Origin: Gekko japonicus
Taxonomy: Eukaryota
Length of the DNA: 64,000 nucleotides
Assembly: GCF_001447785.1 (NCBI RefSeq)
Contig: NW_015165855.1
Coordinates: 616,338 to 680,337, forward strand
Direction of reading: 5' to 3'
The position numbers and the translations under genes were made by a program. The number at the start of each line of letters is the position of its first letter. Within the stretch, counting starts at the first letter, position 1. The notes beneath the pieces were generated by a model. The model made no database searches. It was not told where the DNA came from and saw only the letters and a list, made by a program, of their open reading frames with translations. Positions 1-12,112 of this stretch are shown here, piece by piece.

Positions 1-1843
1 CAGTGGCCTGAAGCAGGTGGTAAGAAAGCCAGGCATTGTGTCCAGAGTCAGCATCCACCGCTACCACCTTGGTCACCAGATAATCTGCATCAGCTGAACG
101 AGGGATCATCTCAAACAAGGCTGAGCCTTCCACTCCTTTGGAAGGGTAGAGGATCTGAGGGGTGTTGTCATTCTGGTCCATAATAAACACTTTCACTGTG
201 ACATTGCTGCTGAGGGGAGGAGAGCCTCCATCTTGGGCCTTCACTTGAAGTTGGAACTCCCTGAATTGTTCGTAGTCAAAGGAACGCTGTGCATAAATGA
301 CTCCAGTCTCAGAGTTAATGGAGACATAAGAGGAGAGAGGCAGGTCCTCAATGTTACTCTTTTGGATGGAGTAAAGGATTCGTGCATTGCGATCCAGATC
401 TGGGTCAGAGGCTTTGACCCTGAAAATGGAGGAGCCTGAAGGATTGTTCTCTGGCACATATGTTATGTAGTAAGTTTTCTCAAAAGCTGGAGGATTGTCA
501 TTGATGTCTGAAATGCTTAGTGAGATGGTTTTGTGTGTACTGAGAGAGGGAGTGCCTTTGTCTGTGGCTGTGATTGTGATATTATATTCTGGGGTGCTTT
601 CTCTGTCCAATGAACCATCTGTAAATAACTTATAGTAGTTGTTAGATGTCGGAACTATTTGAAATGGCAAATTCTCTTGTAAATGGCAAGTAATTTTTCC
701 ATTTTCTCCAGAGTCCCTGTCATTTACATTGATAAGTGCTACCAAAGTTCCTGATACCGAATCTTCTGATACTGGGTTGGACAAAGAGGCAAGAAGAATT
801 TCTGGAGCATTATCATTCTCATCTATTATTTTTATTTCAACATTACACTGAGCCACTAATCCACCTCCATCTTTGGCTTCTACTGCTACAGAATATTTTT
901 CGGTTTCCTCAAAGTTTAAAGTCTCCATAACTGTAATTGTCCCAACTTGTGGATCCAAAGAAAATTTCTGATGAGTACTTTTAGCAATGTTGCTGAAACT
1001 GTAAGTGATCTGGGCATTGGACCCTTCATCTCTGTCAGTGGCTTTCACCTGCACCACCGAAGATCCTTTGGGGGTATTTTCTTTCAAGCTGACCTTGTAT
1101 ACTTTTTGAGTGAACACAGGTGGGTTGTCATTGGCATCAATTACATTTATCAAAATTTTGGCTGTCCCAGTTTTGGCAGGCTTCCCTCCATCTACAGCCA
1201 AAAGGGTTAAATGGAAACTACTTTCACTTTCCCGATCCAACTGTTTATTCAGCACCAGTTCAGCATATTTACTTCCATCTTCTCCCTCTCTAACTTCTAG
1301 AACAAAATAGTGGTTTTGGCTGAGCTGATAATTCTGGACAGAGTTCATTCCAATATCAGGATCTTCAGCTTTCCCAAGGAGAAATATGGTACCTGGTAAG
1401 GTTGATTCACTTGCCTCTATTTTGATATCTCCATTTAATAAATGTGGTGTATTATCATTAATGTCCTGAATCTCCACATTTATGTGGAAAATATTCATAG
1501 GGTCTTCAACCACAGCTTCAAAACTGATATGGCAGAGTGCATTCCCCCCACATATTTCCTCTCTATCAATCCTGCTGTTTACATGCAGATTCCAATTTTC
1601 TTCACTAATAGCAAAATACTGCTTTTTGCCTAGAGCTAGGACATGCAGATTGCGATCTGCTATTTCTCCAGTGTTCAGTCCCAAATCTTTGGCAAGATTC
1701 CCCACAACAGAACCCTTTTCCATTTCCTCTGGAATGGAATACCGAACGTGCTCTGAAGTAGCCTTGCAGAACAAAGAAATTAATAAGAGGAAGTGTACTT
1801 GCCTTTTTACCAATCTGGTGTCATCTTGGTGTCTGTTATCCAT
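1..1843 (-). CDS. PCDHGB: Protocadherin gamma-B-like variable exon, 5' part; continues past the window start
   Basis: ATG at 1843 reads [53 protein letters not shown]. The same frame gives ...[19 protein letters not shown] at the window edge. It is absent from the ORF track, consistent with no stop in the window. Closest paralog is the 8672-11089 exon. Confidence 0.93.
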   Translation of the reverse strand, partial: MDNRHQDDTRLVKRQVHFLLLISLFCKATSEHVRYSIPEEMEKGSVVGNLAKDLGLNTGEIADRNLHVLALGKKQYFAISEENWNLHVNSRIDREEICGGNALCHISFEAVVEDPMNIFHINVEIQDINDNTPHLLNGDIKIEASESTLPGTIFLLGKAEDPDIGMNSVQNYQLSQNHYFVLEVREGEDGSKYAELVLNKQLDRESESSFHLTLLAVDGGKPAKTGTAKILINVIDANDNPPVFTQKVYKVSLKENTPKGSSVVQVKATDRDEGSNAQITYSFSNIAKSTHQKFSLDPQVGTITVMETLNFEETEKYSVAVEAKDGGGLVAQCNVEIKIIDENDNAPEILLASLSNPVSEDSVSGTLVALINVNDRDSGENGKITCHLQENLPFQIVPTSNNYYKLFTDGSLDRESTPEYNITITATDKGTPSLSTHKTISLSISDINDNPPAFEKTYYITYVPENNPSGSSIFRVKASDPDLDRNARILYSIQKSNIEDLPLSSYVSINSETGVIYAQRSFDYEQFREFQLQVKAQDGGSPPLSSNVTVKVFIMDQNDNTPQILYPSKGVEGSALFEMIPRSADADYLVTKVVAVDADSGHNAWLSYHLLQAT

Positions 1844-2089
1844 TCCACTTGCTTTCTTTTCTTTTGGTTCTTTGTGTTCAGCTGATGAATTTCAACTCTC
1901 CAGTGAAAATACAGAGTAAGGAAGTATAAAACCTGTTCCTGGTATCAGGGTTGTTATTGCTTTTCCCTTTCAGGAAAACTATTTGGATGGTTCTGTCATG
2001 CCGTTCCCCCTGATCTGCAGTATAAAACTAAGCAAACTCAGTGCAGGAAGCATCCTTCAGAAGATTCCCAGCTCTTCCGTGCGAAGTAC

Positions 2090-2132
2090 ATTGGTCAACA
2101 GCGACACTCTGAGCATCAATCAGCGAACTGCA
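2090..2132 (-). promoter_or_regulatory. Pcdh conserved sequence element (CSE; CGCT box/CTCF site plus CCAAT)
   Basis: Minus strand TGCAG-N13-GCTCAGAGTGTCGCTGTTGACCAAT, about 250 bp upstream of the ATG; the motif recurs upstream of all 8 exons. Confidence 0.85.
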
Positions 2133-2177
2133 AGGGATGTCTTCATTTCTGAATGACATGGAAAATCTGCCTTGCCT

Positions 2178-2225
2178 TTTTCATGCTTATATACACAGTT
2201 TTCATGCTTATATACACAGTTTTCA
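2178..2225. repeat. 21-bp tandem duplication
   Basis: TTTTCATGCTTATATACACAG twice. Confidence 0.8.
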
Positions 2226-2601
2226 GATGCAAAATGTAAACTATTTTCTAGCTTTATAAAAAAACATGATTGTGTGTTTACATTTTCAGTTGTATGAACA
2301 ATAACTCTTACAATAATGCTTCCAGTAGAGAACAGATTGCACACAGTTCCATTTCCCTACTTTAGCTTTACTTTAACAGCAATATAGGCGGTAACTGATG
2401 CAAGGGATTTCCAAAACTACCAACTGTTTCCAGATCAGTAAATGTAACTTCAGGTGTATTTAGGCATCTTTCTTTCCCTGAGCAGGAAAAAAAAGGAATG
2501 GGATTATCTGCTGACACGCTTAACTTCTCCCCACCACATCTCCCCAAATGTTTCAGGTAGGATTTGGCTTTAAAAAAATCCCAGAACCCAGACACGTTCA
2601 C

Positions 2602-2730
2602 AGAACCATAGAATCATAGAGTTGGAGGGTACCTCCAGGGTCACCTAGTCTAACCCCCTGCACAATGCAGGAAATTCACAAATACCTCCCCCTCCACACC
2701 TGCAGTGACCGCTGTTCCACGCCCAGAAGT
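2602..2730 (-). mobile_element. CR1-type 3' tail fragment (CR1 LINE or CR1-dependent SINE)
   Basis: Reverse complement ends ...TCCAACTCTATGATTCTATGGTTCTG, the CR1 ATTCTRTG-type tail; a similar piece is at about 29327-29375. Confidence 0.6.
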
Positions 2731-3060
2731 AAATATTGTGACACTGTTGTTTAAAAAACTATAACAGTGAATCCTTTTTGTTTGTTTTGCTTGAACTATT
2801 GTTCTTGGCAAGTATGGGTGGGGGAGAAAGTACTTTTATGAATGCACATGGGCCATCCAACCAACAGTGTAAACAGACAACTAGGGAAATGGGAGTATAT
2901 AAAAGTTATCACCATATTTTGCTTAAATAAACTCTTATTGGAGTTTATTTCTTCCATATACTATATTTTCTTTAATAACAAGTAATTTTAAGCATCAGTC
3001 CTCAAATCATATATAGTAGCTAAAACAACTCAACAAAGAATAAGTACTTTCATTCTCCTG

Positions 3061-3343
3061 GACTGATTTCACACAAGAGCTGTGCAGCGGCCGCACCTCC
3101 CTCTGCCCCGCTTCTATTGGTCAATTTCCCACTCGAAGCCGCACGGCCACATTTTGACCCGCGGCTTCGCCCAATTTTCCCCATGGTTTCGTGATCATCA
3201 AAAAACAGGACCACAAAACCGCAGGGGAAATCGACAAAGTTGCGGGTCAAAATGCCGCCACGCTGCTTTGAGTGGCAAATTGACCAATAGAAGTGGGGCA
3301 AAGGGAGGTGCGACCATGGCGCAGCTCTTGTGTGAAATCAGTC
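3061..3343. mobile_element. Fold-back MITE (PIF/Harbinger-like)
   Basis: GACTGATTTCACACAAGAGCTG...CAGCTCTTGTGTGAAATCAGTC; arms imperfectly complementary over more than 120 bp; 3-bp TSD CTG. Confidence 0.85.
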
Positions 3344-3593
3344 CTGGTTTCAATGATGCAGTTTAAAACAAGCAAAACCTCTCAAACCTTAATACATTCA
3401 TAGGCAGGATAGAAATTAAAGTCCAACTGGTTTAATTTAATGTTCATAATCTACTAAATTATTTCATCTGTTTAAATCTCAGTAGGTTTTAATAAACTAC
3501 ATCGGCACATTAATGTATTATAGTACTCCAGACGTGGTAAAGGGGTTATTGAGCATGTTACAGGAGGAAAAAAAATCACAACAGGGAACTTAC

Positions 3594-6005
3594 CTTCTCA
3601 CAACTCTGCATTTCAGAATTCATATTTTCTCCTCCGTTGTTTAGGATAGACACACCAGATTTGTCACCAGAAATAAAATTGTCTGCAATCTGAGCATGAG
3701 GTGTTAGGAAAGTAAACTGATTTTTCCTGGATTCTGAGGACAGACAAACCTGATAGGAATAAGGCAAAGTCCCATCTTCAAAATTTGGTGGGAAGATGGC
3801 ACCAGCACTTGAATGGGGAATAGGACCAAAACATTGCAGGAATTTGGGATTCCCTGATTTTCGAAGCTTCATCAGAATGGCCAGAATCACCGTCAAGAGG
3901 AACAAGAATGACATCAAAGCCAAGGCCAGCACCAGATAGAACTGCAGGTCGGACTGATAGTCAGGGCTGCTGGACTGGTTTTTCATTTCTGGAAGGGCCT
4001 CCTGAAAGTTCTCAGCAAACACCAGGTTCAGTGTCACAGTGGCTGAGAGAGATGGCTGCCCATTATCCCTCACCAAAATTCCCAGTTTCTGTTTTGCAGC
4101 ATCTTTCTCCACAAAGGCCCTTGCTGTCCTGATTTCTCCAGTGTGAGAACCAACAGTGAAGAATCCTGGTTCAGTGGCTTGAATGACATGGTAGGAAAGC
4201 CAGGCATTGTGTCCAGAATCAGCATCCACGGCCACCACCTTTGTGACCAGATATCCTGCCTCAGCCGAACGAGGTACCATCTCAAACAAGGCTGAGCCCC
4301 TGGCTTCTTGTGAAGGGGATAGTATCTGTGGGGTGTTGTCATTCCGATCCAAAATGAGCACCCTCACTGTGACATTGCTGCTGAGAGGGGGAGAACCACC
4401 ATCTTGGGCCTTCACTTGAAGCTCGATCTCTCTGAACTGTTCATAGTCAAAGGACCTCTGGGCATAGAGAGCTCCAGTCTCAGAGTTTATGGAGATATAT
4501 GAAGAGATGGGGAGCTCCTTGATGTTGCTGTGGAGGATGGAATATGTGATTTGTGAGTTTTGGTCCATGTCTGGGTCTGAGGCTTTGACAGTGAAAATGG
4601 AAGCACCAGAAGGGTTGTTTTCTAGCACATAGATGGCATAGGAAGACTTCTCAAAAGTAGGGGAATTGTCATTGATATCAGAGATCTGTACTGAGATGGT
4701 TTTGTGTGTTGACAGAGAGGGATTCCCTTTGTCTATGGCAATGACTGTAATATTGTACTCTGGAGTTCTTTCTCTGTCTAGTAGATGGTCTAAAAAGAGT
4801 TTGTAATAATGATTAGATGAAGGAAGAATCTTGAAGTGCTGATGTTCTGATAGGTGGCAAGTAACCTTTCCATTATCACCAGTATCTTTGTCATGTATAT
4901 TGATCAGAGCAATTAAGGTTTCAGTCAGGGAATCTTCAGGAATTGGGCTGTACAAAGAAACCAGAGTTACTTCTGGGGAGTTGTCATTTTCATCAAGAAT
5001 TTGTATTTCAACTTTGCAATGTGTCACTGAGCCACCTCCATCTTTTGCCGCTACTGTCATGGTATACTCTTTAATCTCCTCAAAATCCAGTGGTCCTATA
5101 AGTGTAATTGTGCCACTGGCTGAATCCAGGCTGAATTTCTGGTGGTCGTTCCCTTGTATGTTGTACCTGATTCGGGCATATGAACCTTCATCATTATCAG
5201 AGGCCACAACCTGAAGTACACAAGACCCAACAGGAGCATTTTCCTTCAGGCTGACCTTATAAACATCTTGGGTGAAAACTGGTGCATTATCATTGGCATC
5301 AGTGACATTAATCCATATATGGGTGGTCCCAGTTTTTCTAGGTTCTGCCCCATCCATAGCTGTTAGGATCAAGTGGAGGGCGTGTTCACTTTCTCGATCT
5401 AGTGGTTTCTGCAGTACTAAATCTGCAAATTTATTTCCATCCTGACTTTCTTTAACATCCAAAGTGAAGTACTGATTTTGACTAAGTTGATAATTTTGGA
5501 CAGAATTGGTCCCAATGTCAGGATCTTCAGCTTTCTCAAGGAGAAACCTGGTACCAGGTGAAGTAGATTCAATGATTTCCAAGTTGATATTGTCACTGAG
5601 GAAATGTGGTGCATTATCATTAATGTCCTGTATCATTATAGTTACATGGTAAATGTTTAAGGGATTTTCAATCACTAGCTCAAAATGTATAAGGCAAAGT
5701 GAAGTTGCATCACAAATTCCCTCCCTGTCTACTCTGTCATTTATATAGAGGTTTCCGTTTTCTGCACTGACACTGAAATATTGCATGTTAGTCAAAGACA
5801 CTGCATGCACATTGCGATCTTCTAGTTCTCTGGTATTCAGTCCCAAATCTTTGGCAAGATTCCCCACAATAGAACCCTTTGGCAACTCCTCGGGGATTGA
5901 GTAATGAAACTGATCTGAAGCAGCCCAGCAGGAGAAAGATAATAGTAAGAGAAGCAGTACTTGCCATTCAAGTGCCTGGCCATTGTCTCCGAGCCTTCTC
6001 TCCAT
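3594..6005 (-). CDS. PCDHGB: Protocadherin gamma-B-like variable exon
   Basis: 809-aa ORF with signal peptide and 6 cadherin repeats (DRE, DxNDNxP, AxDxG). gB hallmarks: [33 protein letters not shown]. Donor AAG|GTAAGT at 3594; unspliced stop at 3576. Confidence 0.96.
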
Positions 6006-6245
6006 CTAGATACCAGAGAAATTGGCTGCTTTCTTTTTCTTCAGCTCGTTTGGTTGAGATAAAATTCTCCACAGAACAGAGGAGATTTCAGAAACTGTCT
6101 TTCTGTTTAAATTCCACAGACGTTTTTCTTTTTGCAGCAAGATTGCTCTGTCTTGGTGCTTCCTTTTCCCCCATCCGTACGGTGCCAATGAAATAATCAC
6201 ACTGGAGAGAGCATCGTGGATGGCCACCCCCTATCTTGCTAGTGT

Positions 6246-6288
6246 ATTGGTCAACAGTGACACTGTGAGGCTGAGACAGAGAACTGCA
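6246..6288 (-). promoter_or_regulatory. Pcdh CSE/CTCF element (CACT variant)
   Basis: + strand ATTGGTCAACAGTGACACTGTGAGG...AACTGCA, 241 bp from the ATG. Confidence 0.8.
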
Positions 6289-6448
6289 AGGGTTTCCTTC
6301 TCATTCAGTATAAAATAGAAAAGCAACCTTGACATGAATGTGATCATATTTTGTTGAGTTATGAATATAATCAATGTGAAAGCATGTTTTCCCACAGGAG
6401 TTATTTTCCTCATGCATGAAGAAAAAGCACTATTTGAGAAGCAGTCCT

Positions 6449-6655
6449 GGGAGGGGGCATGGTTCAGTGGTAGAGCATCTGTGGCATGCAGAAGGTCCCA
6501 GGTTCAATCCATGGCATCTCTAGTTAAAAGGACCAGGTAGTATGTGATGAGAAAGACCTCCATCTGAGACCATGGAGAGCTTTGGTGGGTCTGAATAGAC
6601 AACATTAACCTTGATAGAATGATGGTCTGATTCAGTACAAGGCAGCTATATGCAT
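6449..6655 (+). mobile_element. tRNA-derived SINE
   Basis: A box GGTTCAGTGGTAGAGC and B box GGTTCAATCC; second copy on the minus strand at 15062-15237. Confidence 0.75.
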
Positions 6656-6706
6656 CCATGTATTTTAATGTACTTCATTTAACAATCTTTTAACCTAGGC
6701 TTTTAT

Positions 6707-7713
6707 TGTAAGTATTGGGTGAAAACCGAGGAACCACAAAAATCCTTTGTTCGTATAAATCAGATTACGGCAGAAGAGAGGCTATTAGTAATTCAAAACA
6801 AGCAAACTGCTTATTTCACTTTTGAGGGGAAAGGGTCAAGTCAGACGTCAGGCAAGTTTTAGGTTTTAAATTTGGCAGGTGAACAGGCAATAAGAATGCC
6901 TATATACAACAGATAGTTTGTCACAATAAAGTAGCTGTTTGGTTCTATGGACAGGTCTTAAAAACTGTGGAGAGTGATCTCTTGGTAGTCACTGCTTAAA
7001 TAAACAGGCAAAAGCTTATTGTCTCAAAAATACTTTGTTTGTGAAGGCAGGAACATACACACAAATTCCATTTTTCCTTCTTAAACACTTAATAGGGATT
7101 TCTCCCTTTTACTAGATGCTATTTCCCTCAGGGAAGGAGCTAGGCTTGCCAAGTCCCCCCGGGGGGGCGGGGAAACCCAGGCCCCAGAGGTCCGTTCCCC
7201 GCCACCGGTGGATCGGGCCCTGGGGGGAACTCCACCTCGACGTGCACGTCACCCGGAAGTGACGTGACCATGCCGGGCATGCTGGGGGCAGGGCCACAGT
7301 CATCCGAGGGAAAACTCTATGGTTTCCCCTCGGATGGTTGTGGCCCCGGTGTGCCCATGTCACTTCCAGGTGACGTGGATGTGGTGCGTGCTCGCGCTCC
7401 AGCCGCAAGCCAGGAGTCCCCCGCTGCAGCTCAATTCTCACTTGGCAACCCTAGAAGGAGCCAAGGTCCCATTTCCCTACTTCAGGATCTTCGTCAATCC
7501 TTTCACTCTGCTTAACTGAACTCTAACTAAATTCTCACAGTTCTGTCACTCTCAACTGCCATTCTTAACTGCCACTCTCAACTGTAGAAATCCATTTGAA
7601 CATCCTGTCAATCAGGGTTCTCAGACCAGGTTAAAGCATTAAGTATTCACTGTCACAGGTGTGTTAAAAACATTTAAAATAATTAAGTATATGCATATTG
7701 TTATAAATTAACA
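6707..7713. mobile_element. Possible solo LTR containing a nested MITE
   Basis: TGTAAG...TTAACA ends flanked by TTTAT on both sides; AT-rich, so the TSD could be chance. Confidence 0.3.
7141..7453. mobile_element. hAT-type MITE
   Basis: TIRs TAGGCTTGCCAAG / CTTGGCAACCCTA; 8-bp TSD GAAGGAGC. Confidence 0.85.
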
Positions 7714-8671
7714 TTTATATAGTGACCAATTGGCAATTGCTGCTTGCTCTTTTAAAACACTGAGAATGGGTTTTATTGTTCACATTGTGTTTCTGGAGTT
7801 ACTTCATTATATTTTTGATTTTATTTTTATGGTTTTATTTTATGATAGTAACCACATCATGTAGATGCTGGAGAGTACATGAGACAGAAGTTCCCAGAAT
7901 ATTCTATATTGTTTTTGCTGTAGCAAACATAGCTCATGTTAAAAAATTATAGTAATTTCAACATCGAAAATGTGAAGAAACATGAATATATGAACTTGTT
8001 TGATCTAGTCCAAGAAACTCTTTTGAATATATTCAATTCACTTTAATCCACACACTAGCAGTGCAATCCTAAACAGAGTTACTTCAGTCAAAGCCCATTC
8101 AAATTATCATTTGCGTGCTTTCATCCATTCCTTCCCATCTGTTATTATCTCAGTCACCTGAAATGCTTCTAAAGCCACTACAATTGACGGAACACCAGGA
8201 TAACAGGGGGAAAAAATCTTCTCAGAGGACAGCTACTTTTAGATTTGTACATGAGAATGAACTATCATGGATCAGTTGCCACAGATGAAGGTTTCATATT
8301 CCCCAAACTCAGCACAAGCACATTACTTCCCACTGCAGACATTTTGCACATTTGGCTGGGAAACTGAGATGTGATGGCAAGCAATGAGTTGTCCCTTTAT
8401 AGCAATGGTTTTCAATAAAAATAAAAAAATTTCAGGAGATCACAAATTGTATACTAACTATCCATAGAAAACTGACAGACTTTCACTCACTGCACCATTA
8501 TTTCTCATTCTAAAGTACAACATATTTTGCAGCGTGTTATGAAAATTATATTTAAAAGAAAATTCATCTTGGCCATTGGAAGACAGTTGTAAAAAACTAT
8601 ACTCTCCATTATGGTTTTCTAAAAAGGATTACGGATATACCACATAAACTGTTTCTGAAAAGAAAACTTAC

Positions 8672-11089
8672 CTGGTCACCATGCTCCGTCTCAGAATTTG
8701 AAGCGTTTCCTTCATTACCTATAGAAGGCACACCAGATTTGTCACCACAAAGAACAATGTCTGCAATTTGGACACTGGGTGTCAGAAATGTAAACTCATT
8801 CTTCCTGGATTCTGAGGACAGACAAACCTGGTAGGAATAAGGTAAGGTCCCATCTTCATAGTTTGGTGGAAAGATGGTACCTGTCTTTGAAGGAACTGGA
8901 CCAAAGCACTGAAGGAACTTGGGATTCCCTGATTGCCGAAGCTTCATCAGAATGGCCAGAATCACTGTCAAGAGGAACAAGAAGGAGATCAAAGCCAGGG
9001 CCAGCACCAGATAGAACTGCAGATCAGACTGATAGTCAGGACTGATGGACTGGGTCTTCATTTCTGGAAGGGCCTCCTGGAAGTTCTCTGCAAACACCAA
9101 GTTCAGTGTCACTGTAGCAGATAATGATGGGTGTCCATTATCTTTCACCAGGACAATTAGCCTCTGTTTCACAACATCTCTTTCCAAAAATGTTCGTGAT
9201 GTCCTGATTTCACCAGTATGGTGTCCAATTGTGAAGAGCCCTGGCTCTGTGGCCTGAAGCAGGTGGTAGGAGAGCCAGGCATTGTGTCCAGAGTCAGCAT
9301 CCACCGCTACCACCTTGGTCACCAGATAATCTGCATCAGCTGAACGGGGTATCATCTCAAACAAACCTGAACCTTCCACACCTTTGGAAGGGTAGAGGAT
9401 CTGAGGGCTGTTGTCATTCTGGTCCACAATAAACACTTTCACTGTGACATTGCTGCTCAGGGGAGGAGAACCTCCATCTTGGGCTTTCACCTGAAGTTGG
9501 AACTCCCTGAATTGTTCGTAGTCAAAGGAGCGCTGTGCATAAACAATCCCCGTCTCAGAGTTAATGGAGACATAAGAGGAGAGAGGCAGGTCCTCAATGT
9601 TGCTGTTAAGGATAGAGTAAATGATTTCTGAGTTGTGGTCCTGATCCAGATCTGAGGCTTTGATATTGAAAATGGAAACTCCAGAGGGGTTGTTTTCTTG
9701 CACATAAGCTGTGTAGGAAGATTTCTCAAAGATGGGTGGGTTGTCGTTAACATCAGAAATCTTTACTGTGATAGTTTTTTGCATAGAGAGAGAGGGAATG
9801 CCTTTGTCTGCAGCTGTAATTGTGATATTATATTCAGGTGTGTTTTCTCTATCTAGGGTACCCTCTGTAAGAAGTTTATAGTAGTTACTAGATGTTGATA
9901 TTATTTTAAAAGGCAAATCATTTTGTAATTGGCACATGACTTTTCCATTTTCTCCAAAATCTCTATCATTTACATTGAAGACAGCAATTAATACTCCAGA
10001 TGTAGAATCTTCAGGTATTGGGCTGGATAAGGAGACAAGGATAATATCGGGGGCATTATCATTCTCATCTGATATCTTTACTTCAACATTGCAGTGTGCA
10101 ACTAATCCACCTCCATCTTTTGCTTCTATTGTCATAGTGTATGCATCTGTTTCCTCAAAGTCCAGTGTTGCAATAACTGTAATCGTCCCATTTTGCGGAT
10201 CTAGCAAAAACATTTTGCGAGCACTTTCAGCGATGCTGCTAAACCTATAGCTGATCTGGCCATTGGAACCTTCATCTTTGTCAGTGGCTTTCACCTGTAC
10301 CACTGAAGATCCTTTGGGGGCATTTTCCTTCAAACTGACCTTGTATATTTCTTGTGCAAAAACAGGGGTGTTGTCATTGGCATCAATGACATCAATCGAT
10401 ATTTTGGCTGTCCCAGTTTTGGCAGGTTTGCCTCCATCCACAGCAAGAAGAGTTAAATGGAAACTGCCTTCACTTTCCCGATCCAACTGTTTACTCAGTA
10501 CTAATTCTGCATATTTATTTCCATCTTCTCTCTCTCTAGTTTCCAGTGTGAAATATTGATTGGGTGAGAGCTGGTAACTCTGGAGAGAATTCATTCCAAC
10601 ATCTGGATCTGCAGCATACCCAAGAACAAACTTGGCTCCTGACAAAGTGAATTCACTTGGTTCTAGCCTAATATCCCCATTTAAGAAACATGGTGTGTTA
10701 TCATTAATATCCTGGATTACTACATTTACATGGAAAATATTCATGGGATTTTCAACCATGACTTCAAAATTAATTAGGCAGAGTGCAGTTTTCCCACAGA
10801 TTGCCTCTCTATCTATCCTCTCATTCACATATAGGTTTCCATTTTGGGCACTGACAGTAAAATATCGCTTTTTACCTAGAGAAAGTATATGAAGATTGCG
10901 ATCTGCTATTTCTCCAGTATTCAGTCCCAAATCTTTGGCAAGATTTCCCACAACAGAACCCTTTTCCATTTCCTCAGGGATTGAATACTGAATTTGTTCT
11001 GAGGCACTCTTGCAGAACAAAGACAATAATAAGAGGAGAGGTACTTGCCTTCTTATTAACCAATTGCTCTCTTTGTGTCTTCCTTCCAT
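8672..11089 (-). CDS. PCDHGB: Protocadherin gamma-B-like variable exon
   Basis: ORF 8609-11125; first ATG at 11089 (MEGRHKES...). Six EC repeats and gB-type TM/cytoplasmic motifs. Donor CAG|GTAAGT at 8672. Confidence 0.96.
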
Positions 11090-11326
11090 CCCAATTTCTG
11101 TCCTTCCCTTGTTTATTTTGGTCAACTGAGATGTTTCAGATCCTCATCAGAATGCTGTACAGAGTGACTAGTTTCTCCTTAGTTCATATTTCTTGAAATT
11201 ATTTCTGTTTTTCAGAAAAGAGTGAGGGCAAGCTTCTGCTTTCTGCTGTTCTCCTGTTCTGTAATCCACAAATGAGCAAGCATAGGGAATTCATTCAGTG
11301 GAGTTTAGCGCCATCATAAGAAGTAC

Positions 11327-11369
11327 ATTGGCCAACAGTGCCACTCTGAGTCTCAAATGGAGTACTGCA
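11327..11369 (-). promoter_or_regulatory. Pcdh CSE/CTCF element (CACT variant)
   Basis: ATTGGCCAACAGTGCCACTCTGAG...TACTGCA, 238 bp from the ATG. Confidence 0.8.
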
Positions 11370-12112
11370 ATTGGTATCTTCTCTTTCTAGTAATGGAAGG
11401 ATTTATTCCCTCACTCTGAAGTCTAAAAAGTAGGCGGCAAACTGAACATGTATTTACAAGGGAAAAATGATGAAGACTTTCTAGAGAGATGGGTAGGATT
11501 GTATAAATGGTTGGAGAAAAAGAGTGGACTCTGAAAATATATGTAATACTGTACAATGAACAGTTGTATGTTAAACTTTAAATAAAATCTTTAAAAAAAA
11601 AGTAGGCGGCATTTTCAGATTCAATATGGGGAACTTTGACTTGTAAAGACCATATCTCCATGCACTCGTGTGTTTGTTTTATTATCATCAAAGCCAAACA
11701 ATTCTATTCCATTGAAATCATATTAGCAGTGGAGAAGAACTATATTGGTCCATTTCCCACACTCTGAGATTCTATGCTCTCTTAAAAAAAAAAAATTATC
11801 TCTCTCTCTCTCAGAAACAATTTCCGATGAGGCTTTGTAAACTACTCTGGAAGGCATAAAACCCTCCCTTGGTGACCCAAACCTAATTTATGCATATATT
11901 CTAATTGGACCCAAAAGTTGCCTATCAATTTTCTCAAACCGATAGCTACTTTAGATGATAACATGTTGACAGAGGTGGAACTCTGTGACAGGCCTTTTCT
12001 ACCAACTGAGGGGACTCACATAGCCTCCTATAATTTTTGAGGAACAAGGTTTGTTTTAAACTATAAACCTTCCTCTCAGTTACCACATGTTCTTAAGGCA
12101 GTAGGTGTATAG

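Noticed and set aside
6449-6525. tRNA-like sequence (also 15170-15237 and 24488-24560)
   Set aside because: SINE heads with degenerate cloverleaf, followed by SINE bodies; not tRNA genes.
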